DNA of 64,000 bases from Chiloscyllium plagiosum. Taxonomy: Eukaryota. The stretch covers positions 133,356,561 to 133,420,560 of the forward strand of contig NC_057713.1 in the NCBI RefSeq assembly GCF_004010195.1, given 5' to 3'. Below the pieces are notes generated by a model that did no database searches, had not been told where the DNA came from, and saw only the letters and a list, made by a program, of their open reading frames with translations. Position numbers and translations under genes: made by a program. Position 1 is the first letter of the stretch; each line of letters opens with the position of its first letter. Shown here piece after piece: positions 50,499 through 62,760 of the stretch.

Positions 50499-50865
50499 GA
50501 GAAGTGAGGACTGCAGATGCTGGAGAGTCAGAGACAAAACGTGTGGCACTGGAAAAGCACACCCGGTCAGATGACAGGTTTCGGGCATAAGCCTGTCATC
50601 AGGAATGCCCACTTTAAAGAGCTTTTCCTCCTCCCTCCACAAGTAGTGAGTCTCAGTGAGTCACTCTCTCACTGCACCCCCCAGGTCATCTCCTCTGCCC
50701 TGAAGCTCTTCAAGCCACGTCCTGAAGCAGACTCACTACCACAGCCACGTCTCCTTCCTGAGCATCTGCCACATTCCTGATGAAGGACTTATTCTCAAAA
50801 TGTCACCTCTCCTGCTCCTCAGATGCTGCCTGAACGGCTGTGCTTTTCCAGCGCCACATCTTTTG
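50499..50865. mobile_element. Penelope family A inverted pLTR pair with spacer of about 160 bp
   Basis: TSD ACCTCAGTACTTAAG / ACCTCAGTATTGAAG. Spacer reads ...SSALKLFK.. and resembles a Penelope ORF 5' end. Confidence 0.85.
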
Positions 50866-51000
50866 ACCTCAGTATTGAAGTTCTGGGCAAGAGTGTTCTT
50901 AGGCAGCCAATAGATGTTAAGATGTCACAGAAGTAGGCCATATAGCTCACTGAGTCTGACCTTCTTCACCCACCAATCAAGGTTCTTTAGTGATCGAATA

Positions 51001-52315
51001 ATAGAGTCATAGAGATGTACAGCATGGAAACAGACCCTTTGGTCCAACCCGTCCATGCCGACCAGATATCCCAACCCAATCTAGTCCTACCTGCCATCGC
51101 CCAACCCATATCCCTTCAAACCCTTCCTATTCATATACCCACCCAAACGCCTTTTAAATGTTGCAATTGTACCAGCCTCCACCACTTCCTCTGGTAGCTC
51201 ATTCCATACATGGACCACCCTCTGACTGAAAAAGTTGCCCCTTAGGTCTCTTTTATATCTTTCCCCTCTCACCCTAAACCTATATCCTCTAGTTCTGGAG
51301 TCCCCCACCCCAGGGAAAAGACTTTGTCTATTTATCCTATCCATGCCCCTCATGATTTTGTAAACTTCTATAAGGTCACCCCTCAACCTCTGACGCTCCA
51401 GGGAAAACTGCCCCAGCCTGTTCAGCCTCTCCCTATAGCTCAAATCCTCCAACGCTGGCAACATGCTTGTAAATCTTTTCTGAACCATTTCAAGTTTCAC
51501 AACATCTTTCTGATAGGAAGGAGACCAGAATTGCACACAATATTCCAACAGTGGCCTAACCAATGTCCTGTACAGCTGCAACATGACCTCCCAACTCCTG
51601 TACTCAATACTCTGACCGATAAAGGAAAGCATACCAAATGCCTTCATCACTATCCTACCTACCTGCAACTCCACTTTCAAAGAGCCATGAACCTGCACTT
51701 CAAGGTCTCTTTGTTCAGCAACACTCCCTAGGACCTTACCATTAAGTGTATAAGTCCTGCTAAGATTTGCTTTCCCAAAATGCAGCACCTCACATTTATC
51801 TGAATTAAACTCCACCTGCCACTTCTCAGCCCATTGTCCGATCTGATCAAGATCCCGTTGTAATCTGAGATAACCTTCTTCGCTGTCTCTCCCTGAATCC
51901 CATACGATCCACCTTTACTAACCAGTTTACCATACCGAACCTGTCAAAGGCCTCGCTAAATGCCATGTAGACAATGTCTACTGCTCTGCCCTCATCAACT
52001 TTCTTGGTTACATTCTCAAAAACCTCAATCAGGTTTGTCAGAACATGATTTCCCATGCACAAAACCATGTTGACTATCCCTATTCAGTCCTTACGTCTTC
52101 AATTGCTGTAAAACCTGTCTCTCAGAATCCCCTCCAACAACATATCCGACCAATGATGTCAGGATCATTGGTCTACCATTCCCTGGCAACCTTTCTTAAA
52201 TAACAGCACAACTTTAGCCAACCCCCAGTCTTCCGGTACCTCACCCATGACTGCAGATGATGTAAATATATCTGCTAGGGTCCCTGCAATTTATTCCTTA
52301 GCTTCCCACAATGTC
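51001..52315 (-). mobile_element. CR1 LINE (ORF2 C-terminal half, internal deletion)
   Basis: 242-aa ORF 51087-51815 and RT motif ORF 51847-52068 (VDIVYMAFSEAFD). Confidence 0.93.
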
Positions 52316-53204
52316 CTGTGGTGCACTGCTGCTGGGAATGTTTGCCCCAGCTGAAGAGATCAAGTTCATGAGGAATACATGGAACCTGGAAGACTTGCCC
52401 AGCTTGGAAAACATCTCCTGCGTAAGGTTCACACTTAAAATCTGTTCTGGGATCAGAAGTTGCTCAATTGGGAAAATAAAGAAAAACAACAAACCACGGG
52501 AAATGTTTTTTGAGAACACTTTAATTTTCCATGACAATCTAATCAGAGACATTGCAGCACACCTCTGGAGCTGGTGGGTCTAAAACCCAGAACCTCCTGG
52601 TCCACAGGCAGGACACTGTGCCACAGAATCTGGACAGTGTATACTTACAGGACAATGTGATGTATAACCATTGTGGGATTTCTTCTTCATGCAAAAATGC
52701 AAATACGCCATCTCTTTTTTGCAAATTAAATTGCCTTCAAAAGAAGAAAACGGTGTTTAATAAAAGAGTGTTTATTTTCTAGTCATTTATGATTACAAGT
52801 TCCAAAATGTGAAAACTCCTGTCATTTAGTTAACTAATAGCTACAATTCAAAGTCATTTTTAAAAGTTATTGTTCTGCCTGGAGATTAGGGCATTAATTT
52901 CAAGGAAACAAAGACACACAAATGTGTGTTTACTGTCCTTGCCCTTACTATCTGCACAATGTGACTATCATGTTATCTAATGTCTCAAACTCACTTCATT
53001 ATCATTGGCCATTTGTTACTGACCGCATTGATATCATCTTCAGTGAACCTTCTCAAGAGCAATTAGGGCTGAATAACAAGTGCTGGTCTAGTCAGAGGCT
53101 CCCCCATCCAACGACTATTTCCATTCCCATGGGGGAACACTTCAAACATGAGGATGTAGGAGTCTGGGAGGACCCGTGTGTTTGTAGCTGCCTACCATTA
53201 TTCA

Positions 53205-54177
53205 AGGTTAAAAATCACACAACACCAGGTTATAGTCCAACAGGTTTAATTGGAAGCACTAGCTTTCGGAGCGTTGCTCCTACATCAGGTGGTTGTGGAG
53301 GACACAATTGTAAGGCACAGAATTTATAGCAAAAGTTTACAGTGTGATGTAACTGAGATTATACATTGAAAAATACCTTGATTGTCTGTTGAGTCTTTCA
53401 TCTGTTCGAATACCATGATAGTTTCACTTCTTTCATCTGTAAATCACAAAACCTTTTTTTTAAAAGTTGCATTCTCAGGTTAACTGTAACAATTGGTGTT
53501 AGCTAGGCAATATGTTGAAGGTGTTAGCCCCATGTGTTCTCTGTCTATGCCATGGTGTTTAGATTGATTCTAATCTAAAAAGTGAGATAACAGAGTTTTA
53601 CATGAATTCATGCAGTTTTTGAGCAAAGTACAATGTAACTCTGCAAGTACAAATTCACCCAACAAAGGTATATGTATATGTGTGTGTGTCTATCTGGATT
53701 GGGGGGTTGTGAGTGTGAGAGAGAGTGTATGTGTGTGTGTATGTGGGTATAGAGTGTCTTACATCTGTAAGGGGGTGCATGTGTGAGTGTGGGAGTGTGT
53801 GTATCTGTAAGGGTGTGTGTGGATGTCTGTGTGTGCATCTGTGTGTGTGTGTCCGTGTGAATGTGTGTGTGTTGTGTGTGTGTGTGTGTGTGTGAGTGTC
53901 CATGTGTAGGGGTGTCTGTGTGAGTACAGTGCAATGATGGTCACCTGTAGTGTGACATGAACCCAAGGTCCTGGTTGAGGCCCTCACTATGGGTACTGAA
54001 CTTAGCTATCAGCCTCTGTTCGGCTACGTTTTGCTGCTGCCTGTCCTGAAGTCCGCCTTGGAGGATGGTCACCTGAAGGCCCGAGGTCGAATGTCCTGGA
54101 CCGTGTTCCCCAACTGGGAGGGAACCCTCCTGTCTGTTGATTGTTGTGCGGTGCCCATTCATCCATTGCCGTAGCCT
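53205..54177 (-). mobile_element. Penelope-like element, family B (GIY-YIG end, (CA)n-rich 3' UTR, pLTR)
   Basis: ORF 53941-54162 MNGHRTTI...PVGEH...AEQRLIAKF...GLNQD. pLTR with hammerhead core (reverse complement) at about 53255-53292. Confidence 0.88.
53668..53925. repeat. Imperfect (TG)n microsatellite inside the Penelope 3' UTR
   Basis: Direct dinucleotide repetition. Confidence 0.9.
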
Positions 54178-54182
54178 TCGAT

Positions 54183-54267
54183 TACTGATGAAGGGCTTTT
54201 GCCTGAAACATCGATTTTCCTGCTCCTCGAATGCTGTGCTTTTCCAGCACCACTCTGATCTTGACTC
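54183..54267 (+). mobile_element. Penelope family A pLTR
   Basis: CTGATGAAGGGCTTTTGCCTGAAACATCGATTTTCC. Confidence 0.8.
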
Positions 54268-54573
54268 AGAAAGCTGTGAGCTGAATATGTGAGTATCCTT
54301 CAGCTATTTGGCACAATATCCCTCCTTCAGTAGTCCTTCTCACTCAGGAATACTTTTGTCAAACAGATTTTAAGATTGTTTCCCTCATCCCTAAGTCTAA
54401 ATTATCCATAAATATTGAAAACAAAAGTGAACCAATCTCTCACGTCTCCTGAACATTAGTTCTAATCCTGATTTTATGTGACTGTTGAGCACATAATATG
54501 TTTTCTTCTTAAAAAAACGTCTAATATCTAATAAAAAGTATTACGATATTTTACTATAGGCAGCTGTACTGTT

Positions 54574-54668
54574 AATTGAGGAAGAGTCACTTAACCTGAA
54601 ATGTTAATTCTGATTTCTCTCCACAGATGCCAGATCTGCTGAGTTTTTCCAGCAATTACAGTTTTTGG
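54574..54668 (+). mobile_element. Family C pLTR-like element (presumed Penelope)
   Basis: TTGAGGAAGAGTCACTTAACCTGAAATGTTAA...CTCTCCACAGATGC. Confidence 0.65.
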
Positions 54669-55864
54669 TACCTGAAGCTTGCTAACTTCCTTCGGTTATG
54701 AGTTCTTAGGATAACTGTGCAGAACAGATTACAAAACATCTGACCTTGATGTTTTCTTGTAACCTTTTAAGCCTTGTAACTTGGTATGATTTAACGATTT
54801 TCATTTAATACATAACAGGACTGTTAATTGGCGAACTCTCAAATTCTGATTTTCATCGCATTCCAGGCTAGTAAAAATGATGCAAATGTCATCTTTTGTA
54901 ATCTCCATTTCCATGGGTCATATTGATGTCGTGAAAGAGAATTATGTGTTGATTATGTAATCTGCAGTCAAATGCACTGATAGGAACATAAAGCAAAACT
55001 ACTATTTGAGGAGGTGATGAAACATGTTTTTATTAGGCTTGTTCCAGATTTCTTGGATCTTGAAAGGTAGATATCAGCCAGAATTTCATGTCATTATCAT
55101 TACATATGTGGACAAATGGTGCTATACCAATGAGATAACTTACCAATTGGCTCCTATTTCCCATTCCTGTTAAAATATTGACCAGGCCAAAATTCACAGC
55201 GATAACAAAATCCGAAGAACTTGGCTCCTGTAACCAATATCACTGCATTTAACATTACACATCATCAGCCAACAGCAGAGTCAGTGATCAAAAATATTGC
55301 TACACTAAATGAGTTCTTTCAAGTTACTCTGAGGCACATGTGCAAGGATTCTATCACTTGTAAGGCACCGGGAAAATCAGTAATGGAACATTATTCCAAT
55401 TCCTGCCACATTAATCTTGGGAAAACTACAATATAACTGAGCTTTTAACTTTCGGGTTAGAAAATTAGTTTAAACTGCAACCAGGTTACATTTGTAATAG
55501 AAACTATCACAATATGTGTCATGTCTGACAGTTCTGTGCTTTTTTTTGTTCAAATTCATTATTTTCATTAGTAGGATGCAGCTGGTATAATGAGCTTATT
55601 GTATTGCTTTGGAAAGCACCTGGCTAGAGCAGCATTTGAAAAAGCAGCTGGTACACAGTGAATCTGACTGAGACAAAGGGAACTATAGTGCTACCAGCCA
55701 GAAGATCAGCTCTTTGATTTCATTCTCTGCTATGGTCACTTTTGTATGAATAAATCTGGAGCCAGTGTACACCTTGTACAAAAAAAATGAATGTTTCGCA
55801 GCATGCACTTTTATATTTCTATTGCAAATGAAGACAATTTCTTCAAATGTTTTTTGAGCAAGTC

Positions 55865-56185
55865 GTGGTGATGTCAGTGGACCACCAATGCAGAATCCCA
55901 GGCTAATGTTCTGGGGACATTGGCTTCAATCTTACCATCATTGTCGGGGTAATTGAATTTTTTAAAAAACTTGAACTAAAACAAAAACAGACAAATGGTG
56001 ACAATATAATCGTGTTGTAAAAGTCCACCTGTTTCACTAATGTCCCTTAGGGTAGGAATCTGCCATCCTTACCTGGTCTGGCCTACATTAGACTCCAGAC
56101 CCACAGCAATGTGACGACTCTTAATTGCTCTCTGGGTAATTAGATTCAGGTAATAAATGCTTGGCCAGCCTGTGGCGCCCAGAGT
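55865..56185 (+). mobile_element. tRNA-head SINE (second family)
   Basis: Homologous to 48535-49000. Confidence 0.7.
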
Positions 56186-56305
56186 GCAAATAACAGGATG
56201 TGGACAGTACTGACTGGACCAGCAGTTATTGCCTTGCCTTAATTGTCCTTGGCAAGGTGATGGTAAAATGTAATCTTAAACTGCCCTGGTCCAAGGGAGG
56301 ATTGG

Positions 56306-57010
56306 TGAAATAACCCCGCAGAGGCTGGTATCCCATCACCAAGACACCCTTTATTTACATGTGCCAGCCAGCTCAAAGTCAATCCATGAACTGAGGAGAT
56401 TTGGAAACTCCTGGGTTTTTTTCCAGCTCTCAGAGTGAGCAGAAATTCTGATACTCCTGTTTATTTTTTTTCTTTGTGTGTGTGCAGGTGTGAGACACAG
56501 TGAAAGACACAAGGTGCGCGAATCTTTATTCAGTTTCCACAACCAGGAAGAATGGAAACACCCGAGTGGCCAATGACAAGCAGTGCCCTTCACATCGAAG
56601 GGCAATGCTGTGTGATCAAACAGTGAAGGGGAGGGTAGGGATTAAATCAAAATAGAATTGGAGGGAGAAATAATGCACTCCACTCCCTGCAGCGCCCACC
56701 TCTCCCTGAACAACTCCAGGGTGTTGGTGGAGACCACGTGCTCCTTCTCCAAGGACACCCGGGCCCTAACGTAACCGCGGAAGAGGGGCAGGCAGTTGGC
56801 CCTAACGACCCCCTCCACAGCCCGCTGCCGGGACCTGTTAATGGCCAGTTTGGCCAGGCCCAGGAGCAGACTCACGAGGAGGTCTTCAGATCTGCCCTCT
56901 CCCCTCTGTACTGGGTACCTCTTGTTTATATCTGCCAGCCAAGGCTCCCTGATTGGTCCAGGTTAACAACCCCAGTAAAGGATCACACTGTCAATGAGAT
57001 CCACATGGTT
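56306..57010 (-). mobile_element. Solo LTR (same family as 38338-38580) split by a Tx1/L1 insertion
   Basis: CCATCACCAAGACACCCTTTATTTAC... and ...GGCTCCCTGATTGGTCCAG halves. Confidence 0.6.
56465..56918 (-). mobile_element. Tx1/L1-clade LINE 3' fragment
   Basis: ORF 56642-56875 LLLGLAKLAINRSR...RVSLEKE...FRERW, 3' UTR with AATAAA and A-rich tail. TSD CTCCTGTTTAT / CTCTTGTTTAT. Confidence 0.8.
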
Positions 57011-57065
57011 CCAATTGATACAGCAAAATAAAAGTCTAGGCAATAGATGTTAGTAGATAAGTACA

Positions 57066-57314
57066 GGGTTTTGTGTCTGTGTGGAATTTGCACATTCTCC
57101 CTGTGTCTGCGTGGGTTTCCTCCGGGTGCTCCGGTTTCCTTCCACAGCCCAAAGATGTGCAGGTCAGGTGAATTGGCCATGCTAAATTGCCCATAGTGTT
57201 AGGTGCATTAGTCAGAGGGAAATGGGTCAGGGTGGGTTACTCTTCGAAGGGTCGGTGTGCGGACTTGTTGGGCCGAAGGGCCTGTTTCCACACGGTAGCT
57301 AATCTAATCTAATC
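57066..57314 (+). mobile_element. 5'-truncated HE1-like V-SINE
   Basis: V-domain, (AATCT)n tail, TSD TAAGTACA at 57058-57065 and 57315-57322. Confidence 0.9.
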
Positions 57315-57820
57315 TAAGTACAAAGTAAATGCTGGACTGTGTTAAAATATAGCATAAAACGATTGGATCGTCATAGAACCTCACTTCATTGTTTTGTTTT
57401 TGATGCACTTCGATTTTATTCCATAAGTGAGTTTATCTTCAGTTCTCATTTTGGTTATGCAGAGAATTCGTTTCAATTAAACCATCAGCTTGTCACTGTT
57501 CATTAGATGCACCTTTGAAAAAAACCCGAAGCATTAGAATTATACAACTATACTGTATACATTTAATAGGCTAGCTGACCTGTACCAATTCTCTAATATC
57601 ATTAAATATTGGAGATCACTGACGATATAACTAAATTAGTGGAGCAGCTACATGAGGGGATTACATTGAAACTACACCATTGTTATACAAATGTTTCAAT
57701 CTGTCACTTATGCAGGAGAAAGAAGCTTTAGTTTTTTGAAGGTTGGCATACCATGAATTCCAGGTAGTTGAGTGGAAGGCAATAGAGGAAGTTTCTTTTC
57801 TAAAACATTTGTTAGCTCCT

Positions 57821-57892
57821 CTGGAAGAGCACAGCAATTCAGGCAGCATCCGAGGACAGGCAAAATCGACGTTTCGGGCAAAAGCCCTTCAG
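57821..57892 (-). mobile_element. Penelope family A pLTR fragment flanked by a 56-bp direct duplication
   Basis: 57765-57820 is identical to 57894-57949. Confidence 0.9.
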
Positions 57893-58671
57893 ATAGTTGA
57901 GTGGAAGGCAATAGAGGAAGTTTCTTTTCTAAAACATTTGTTAGCTCCTGATGTCAGTTTCACTGAATTTCAATGATGAGTTTTTGTGTGTTATACAAAT
58001 TGCCGATGAGCACCTGCAGTGAATAATTTCTATGTTGGCATTAGCCTTTCCTTTTAGCTGCTGGATAATTTCAGGATTTGTCACATTTCTTGAAAAGCAT
58101 CCTTGACTCTCTGGAGTGCAAAGGTCCTATAAGTGTAGCTGGTGAACTCTTTGTGTTCTTTCAAGATCAGCCTGTATAAAGTCAACATCTGACTGCTGAT
58201 GGATACCTCCATCGCCATTCCCTGGTCTTTTACTGATAGCATTCCTTTAGGGATGGAAACTGTTCTGTGTGAGATTCCAGTCTTGTGTTAATGTTCCAAC
58301 AAAGAGCCATTTTGGACTTGAAATGGTAGTTCTTTCGCTTCAAATGTCACCAGACCTGCTGAGTTTCTCCAGTGTTCTGTTTCTAATCTCACATAATGTT
58401 TATTCATAATTAAACTCTCAGTTATGTCTTTCAGCAGAAGATCAGAAGAGGATACAGAGAGGAGTGGGTGACTGAGGGACCCTGAGATAGGCAGTTGGCA
58501 TCATTAAAGGAGTGGACAGGCGAAGGACCCTTCAGCAGAGCTAGATTATAGCAGCTGTACAGAATTGGCACTTGCTCTACTGCAGAAAAATGAGCTAACT
58601 GTTTGTTGAGTGTCTGGTAAATAGTTCATGCCTTTCTACTCTTAAGTTTTAACACAACTGTTAAACTGTTA

Positions 58672-58864
58672 TAACTCACATGACACCAGGTTATACTCCC
58701 ACAGGTTTATTTGAAATCACAAGCTTTCGGAACGCTACTCCTTCACCTGATGAAAGGTCAGTGCTCTGAAAGCTTGTGATTTCAATTAAATCTATTGGAC
58801 TATAACCTGGTGTCGTGTGAGTTCTAACTTTGTCCACATCTGTGCAACACCGGCACCTCCACAT
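58672..58864. mobile_element. Penelope family B inverted pLTR pair
   Basis: CCAGGTTATA...GAAATCACAAGCTTTC / CTGATGAAAGG...GAAAGCTTGTGATTTC...TATAACCTGG. Confidence 0.85.
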
Positions 58865-59482
58865 TATGTTGAATTGTTGGTAATGTTAATAAAATATATT
58901 TTTAAAAAGCATATGAATAATATCCTTAAATAATTAGTTAAAACTCTTTAAAGAGAGCAGGACCTGTGATGTGTCAAGGCTGCAGCAGATGGGTGCTCCT
59001 GGATTGAATTGTGTTCTACAGCTAACACATCAGCAATGGGATTGAGGATCAAATAAGGTTGACTCAGAGTTTAGAGCTGGAGACTGAATGATAGGCATTG
59101 TGATGTATCAGGGAGGGGAAATATGCTTTACCAGGAGGAAGCCACCTCATACTTGTTGAGCATTAAAGAGATTACAGCTGCACTTTTGACAAAAAAATCC
59201 CTCGAGGTAATCAGGAAGAGGCAATGTATCTTTTGTCAATGGGACATCGTGTTTTACCAATTTATTGAAGAAGTATCATGGATAAAGGGGAACTTGTAGT
59301 CACACTACACTTCGATTCCCAGAAGGTATTCAATAAGATGCCACACCATAATTTGTTGCAGAGAATATAAACTCACAGTGTGGAGGATGAAGGCTTGGCT
59401 GATTGGCTGAATCCAGAGCAGTAAAGTATGTTATGAAGAAGACAATAGAAGGTTGAGTGGAGAAAGGTCTGGCAGATGGTAT

Positions 59483-60092
59483 TGTCACAAAGCTAGTCCC
59501 TTACTTTCCTAAAAGTTGTTCTTTGGCTCAAGGAGACTCTGTCCTTGATTTTTTTTCTAGAGGGGCAATAACTGGGCTGGACTCCAATCCAAAAAGGATT
59601 TTGAGAGGCCTTTTGTTTATATGTAAACGGATGAGACTTCAGGGCTTTAGAAGTGACCTGTATAAAGAGAGAGGAGTGGTCAGCTCTCTAGCTGAGCAGT
59701 TTTAGTTCAGTCTTGAACTGGGACGTTCAACAGGGAGCTGTGTGGAAACTCTCTCTCTCTTTTCTGCCCTTTGACTTCAACCTGTAAGCATGTGTTCCAT
59801 TTATACTGGGTTTTAAAGCGAGTTTGCTTATTGGGGCTGTTGGGTGTATTCAGAGCAGTATAATTAAGTCTAGCTGGATAGATTGAGTTCTGTACGGGTT
59901 CTTTATTCGGTTCTTTGTGTTTTATTGTGTAATTTTGTGAATAAATTTCTGTCTGTTTTAAAATCTAGTAGTCAACCTCGCTATCTTACTCTGAGTAATG
60001 TTCACTGTACACTGACCGAAACAAATTGCAAAGTTATGGTCTGGGACTGCCTGCTTAAGGATGTTTTGAGTGGTCTGGCCTAGTCCATAACA
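59483..60092 (+). mobile_element. Solo LTR of about 610 bp
   Basis: TGT...ACA termini, TATAAA near 59661, AATAAA near 59940, 4-bp flanks GTAT / GTGT. Confidence 0.7.
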
Positions 60093-60096
60093 GTGT

Positions 60097-60404
60097 AGAA
60101 TCCTAGAATCCTGACAGTGTGGGAAGACGCAATTCAGCCCATTGAGTGTGCACCAATTCTCTGAAGAGCATCCTACCCAGGCCCACCCGATCCATGTAAC
60201 CCTGCATTTATCATGGGTAATCCACCCGAACCTTTTCATTCCTGGACACTGTGGACAATTCAGCACAGCCAATCCATCTAAACTTGCACATCCTTGGACT
60301 GGAGTAACAGGGGGAAACCTGCGCAGTGAAAACTCCTCCTGAGGCTGGAATCAAACCCAGGTCCCTGGCACTGTGAGGCAGTAGTGCTCACCACTGGGCA
60401 GCCC
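60097..60404 (-). mobile_element. HE1-like V-SINE (divergent)
   Basis: (AGAATCCT)n tail and tRNA-like head. Confidence 0.8.
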
Positions 60405-62686
60405 TGATGGTATAAGGTGGTATTTTGTGAAGTTGGCAGAAAGTTGTGACTGAACTGAATGCTGACTGGGGAACTTCGAGAGGTTTAAGTGTTCTAACAT
60501 GAGTCACTAAATGTTAATATGAAGTTACAATGAGTAATCAAGATGTATAATTGAATGTTATACTTTATTGTGAAAGGAACTGAATCTAAAATTAAGGTGT
60601 TAAGTGTTATGTTTCAGTTATGCTGAGATTGGATTGTTCTGATCTCATTACTTAAGAATGCATTGGAAATGGTTCACAGGAGGTTTACAGGATTGATCTT
60701 TGGAATGAGTGAGTTGATTTATGAGAACAAACTTGTTCCCACTGACATTGAGAAAAGAGGGTGGTAACTTGATTGAATTGTATACAATTCTGAATAGTCT
60801 TGACAAACACGGTTTGGGAAGGACTTTTCCTCTTCTGGGTCATTCCTGAACCTGGGGTCACTGGTTAAAATTAAGGGTCATCCCTTTTAGGACAGAGATG
60901 AGGAGCATATTTTTCACCTCAGGTGGTTGGGTAATTTTGGAGCTGTCTGCCTCAGAAGGTGTTGGAAATGAGAAAATTGAACATTTTTAATGCAGAGGTG
61001 GGTAGATCCCTATTGGGGCAAGGGAATCAAAGATTATCAGGGATCCACGTGAGCGTGAATTAAGAAGCAAACAGATTGGTAATTATTTTATTGAGCAGCA
61101 GAGCAGGTTTGAGAGGTTGAATGGTCTACTTCTGTTCCTATTTCATACTTCCATGTGTTTCAAGTCAAAAGTCCATCATCACCCTTCACAGAGCCATGAC
61201 AAATTGGTAACAAACGCTGCTCTCGGCACTGTGACAAAGAATGTTAATGTGCATGCTAGACCATTAATGTTCTACCAAAGGATGCCTGGTAAGGTCGAGG
61301 GGATAGTACAAGATGAGTATGAGGGAGAGTGTTCTGGCTGTGACACCAGGACACTGACCAGCTTCTTTGGAAAGGATTAATTAAGGTCAATGTATTGCAC
61401 AGGATCTGCAGTACATAACGCCAGCAAAAGCAGGTGGCATATTTTAAATGACCAATGTTGGGAATGCGAGCTCTGAGAACACCTTGTGCTGCCAAATGCC
61501 AAGTGCTGCTGAGGGCCACACTCATTCCTCCAGAGAGTGTGACACATCAGGGACTTGATTTATTCAGAGCTGTCTCTCAATCGTTCATTCAGCCTCAGCC
61601 TCATCTTATCACCGATGGCTGAGGGATTTAATACAGTCTGTCAAAACACCCTGACCCCCTTCCCATCGCAGACCCACATCTACCCTGTAACTCTTCATTG
61701 CATTCAGTACAGTCCATCAGAATACTTAACTAACCGATGATAAAGCAATTGCCTCCCACCTCCCACAGCATCCTTGTAAGTTCTCAAGTTATGGATCGTT
61801 TGTGGGCAGCATTCCTTCTTTGATGTCAGTGCTGCTAATGTCTGAATCATTAAAATACCAATGACCAATTACCAGTGATACCCTACAAACTGCATTCGAC
61901 CAGTGTTTAAACCCTAAGCATATCCACTCTGCATCTAATACAAATGGACAATGAAATGGTTCTAAATAATTTGCAACTGAAATTTGCAAACATGTGTCCT
62001 TTTATGTTCTAGTGTCCAGTGAATGTGGATCCCACTGTTCCCCCCATCAACCTGATCCCGACCCTGCCCAGTGCGGATGTTGTCCTGGCCATTTTCCAGT
62101 GAGAGTTAGTGTCTAGTGATGGTGAGGTACACAGCTCACAGTGACTGTGGTCAGCACCAGACTCTGCCTGGTCTCCGGATACCTCCCCAGAGCCTCCACA
62201 TTCCCCTTTTACCTTGCACTACCCTGGGAGCTCATTTTCATCCATAGTCCCCAGTCTGGAGGTTGACAATGTCCTAACTCCAGAGATTATACCTTAATGA
62301 TACATACCTTGCTGCTCTAAGGAGGCCACAGTGTGGTCAAAGCCAATAAGCCAATCCCCCAAAGCCTACCTCGGCCTCTGATGCTGCTCTGTGTTGACCC
62401 ACCACAACTCCCTCAGCCCACTTATAACTTTACTTTCTCCCTTTTGTCCCCACCTCAAAACATGCCTTTGCCCTCCACCCCCATGTTAATGTGCATTTTG
62501 CAGTCATTTTCTTTCTGGTGTGGTGGATATGTTCTAGAACACCATGGAGTGCAGACTTGAAAGTATCTGGTTCCCTACATTGATCACATCACATCCTACT
62601 TGAGCAGCAATCCTCTGTGCCAATGGTGCACCCTCACTGAGTAATCATATTGAAGTTATGTCAGGAAGTACAAACAGTGATTAACA

Positions 62687-62760
62687 GTCTCTCTGGTGCA
62701 ATTGGTCAGCACATTCGGCCGTTTACCGGAAGGTTGATGGTTTGCAATCATCCAGGGACG
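62687..62760 (+). pseudogene. tRNA-Asn(GTT)-derived pseudogene
   Basis: 74 nt aligning ungapped to vertebrate tRNA-Asn (GTCTCTGTGGCGCAATCGG...CCCAGGGACG, recalled) with about 16 substitutions, several at CpG. T-loop GTTTG instead of GTTCG. Confidence 0.85.

Larger units (their letters stand above)
59200..61150 (+). mobile_element. Old CR1 RT-to-3' remnant interrupted by a solo LTR and an HE1 SINE
   Basis: DFQKVFNKMPH, WQM, FRTEMRSIFFT motifs across the insertions. Confidence 0.65.

Noticed and set aside
53608-53987. His/Thr-rich ORFs
   Set aside because: Translations of the (CA)n microsatellite.
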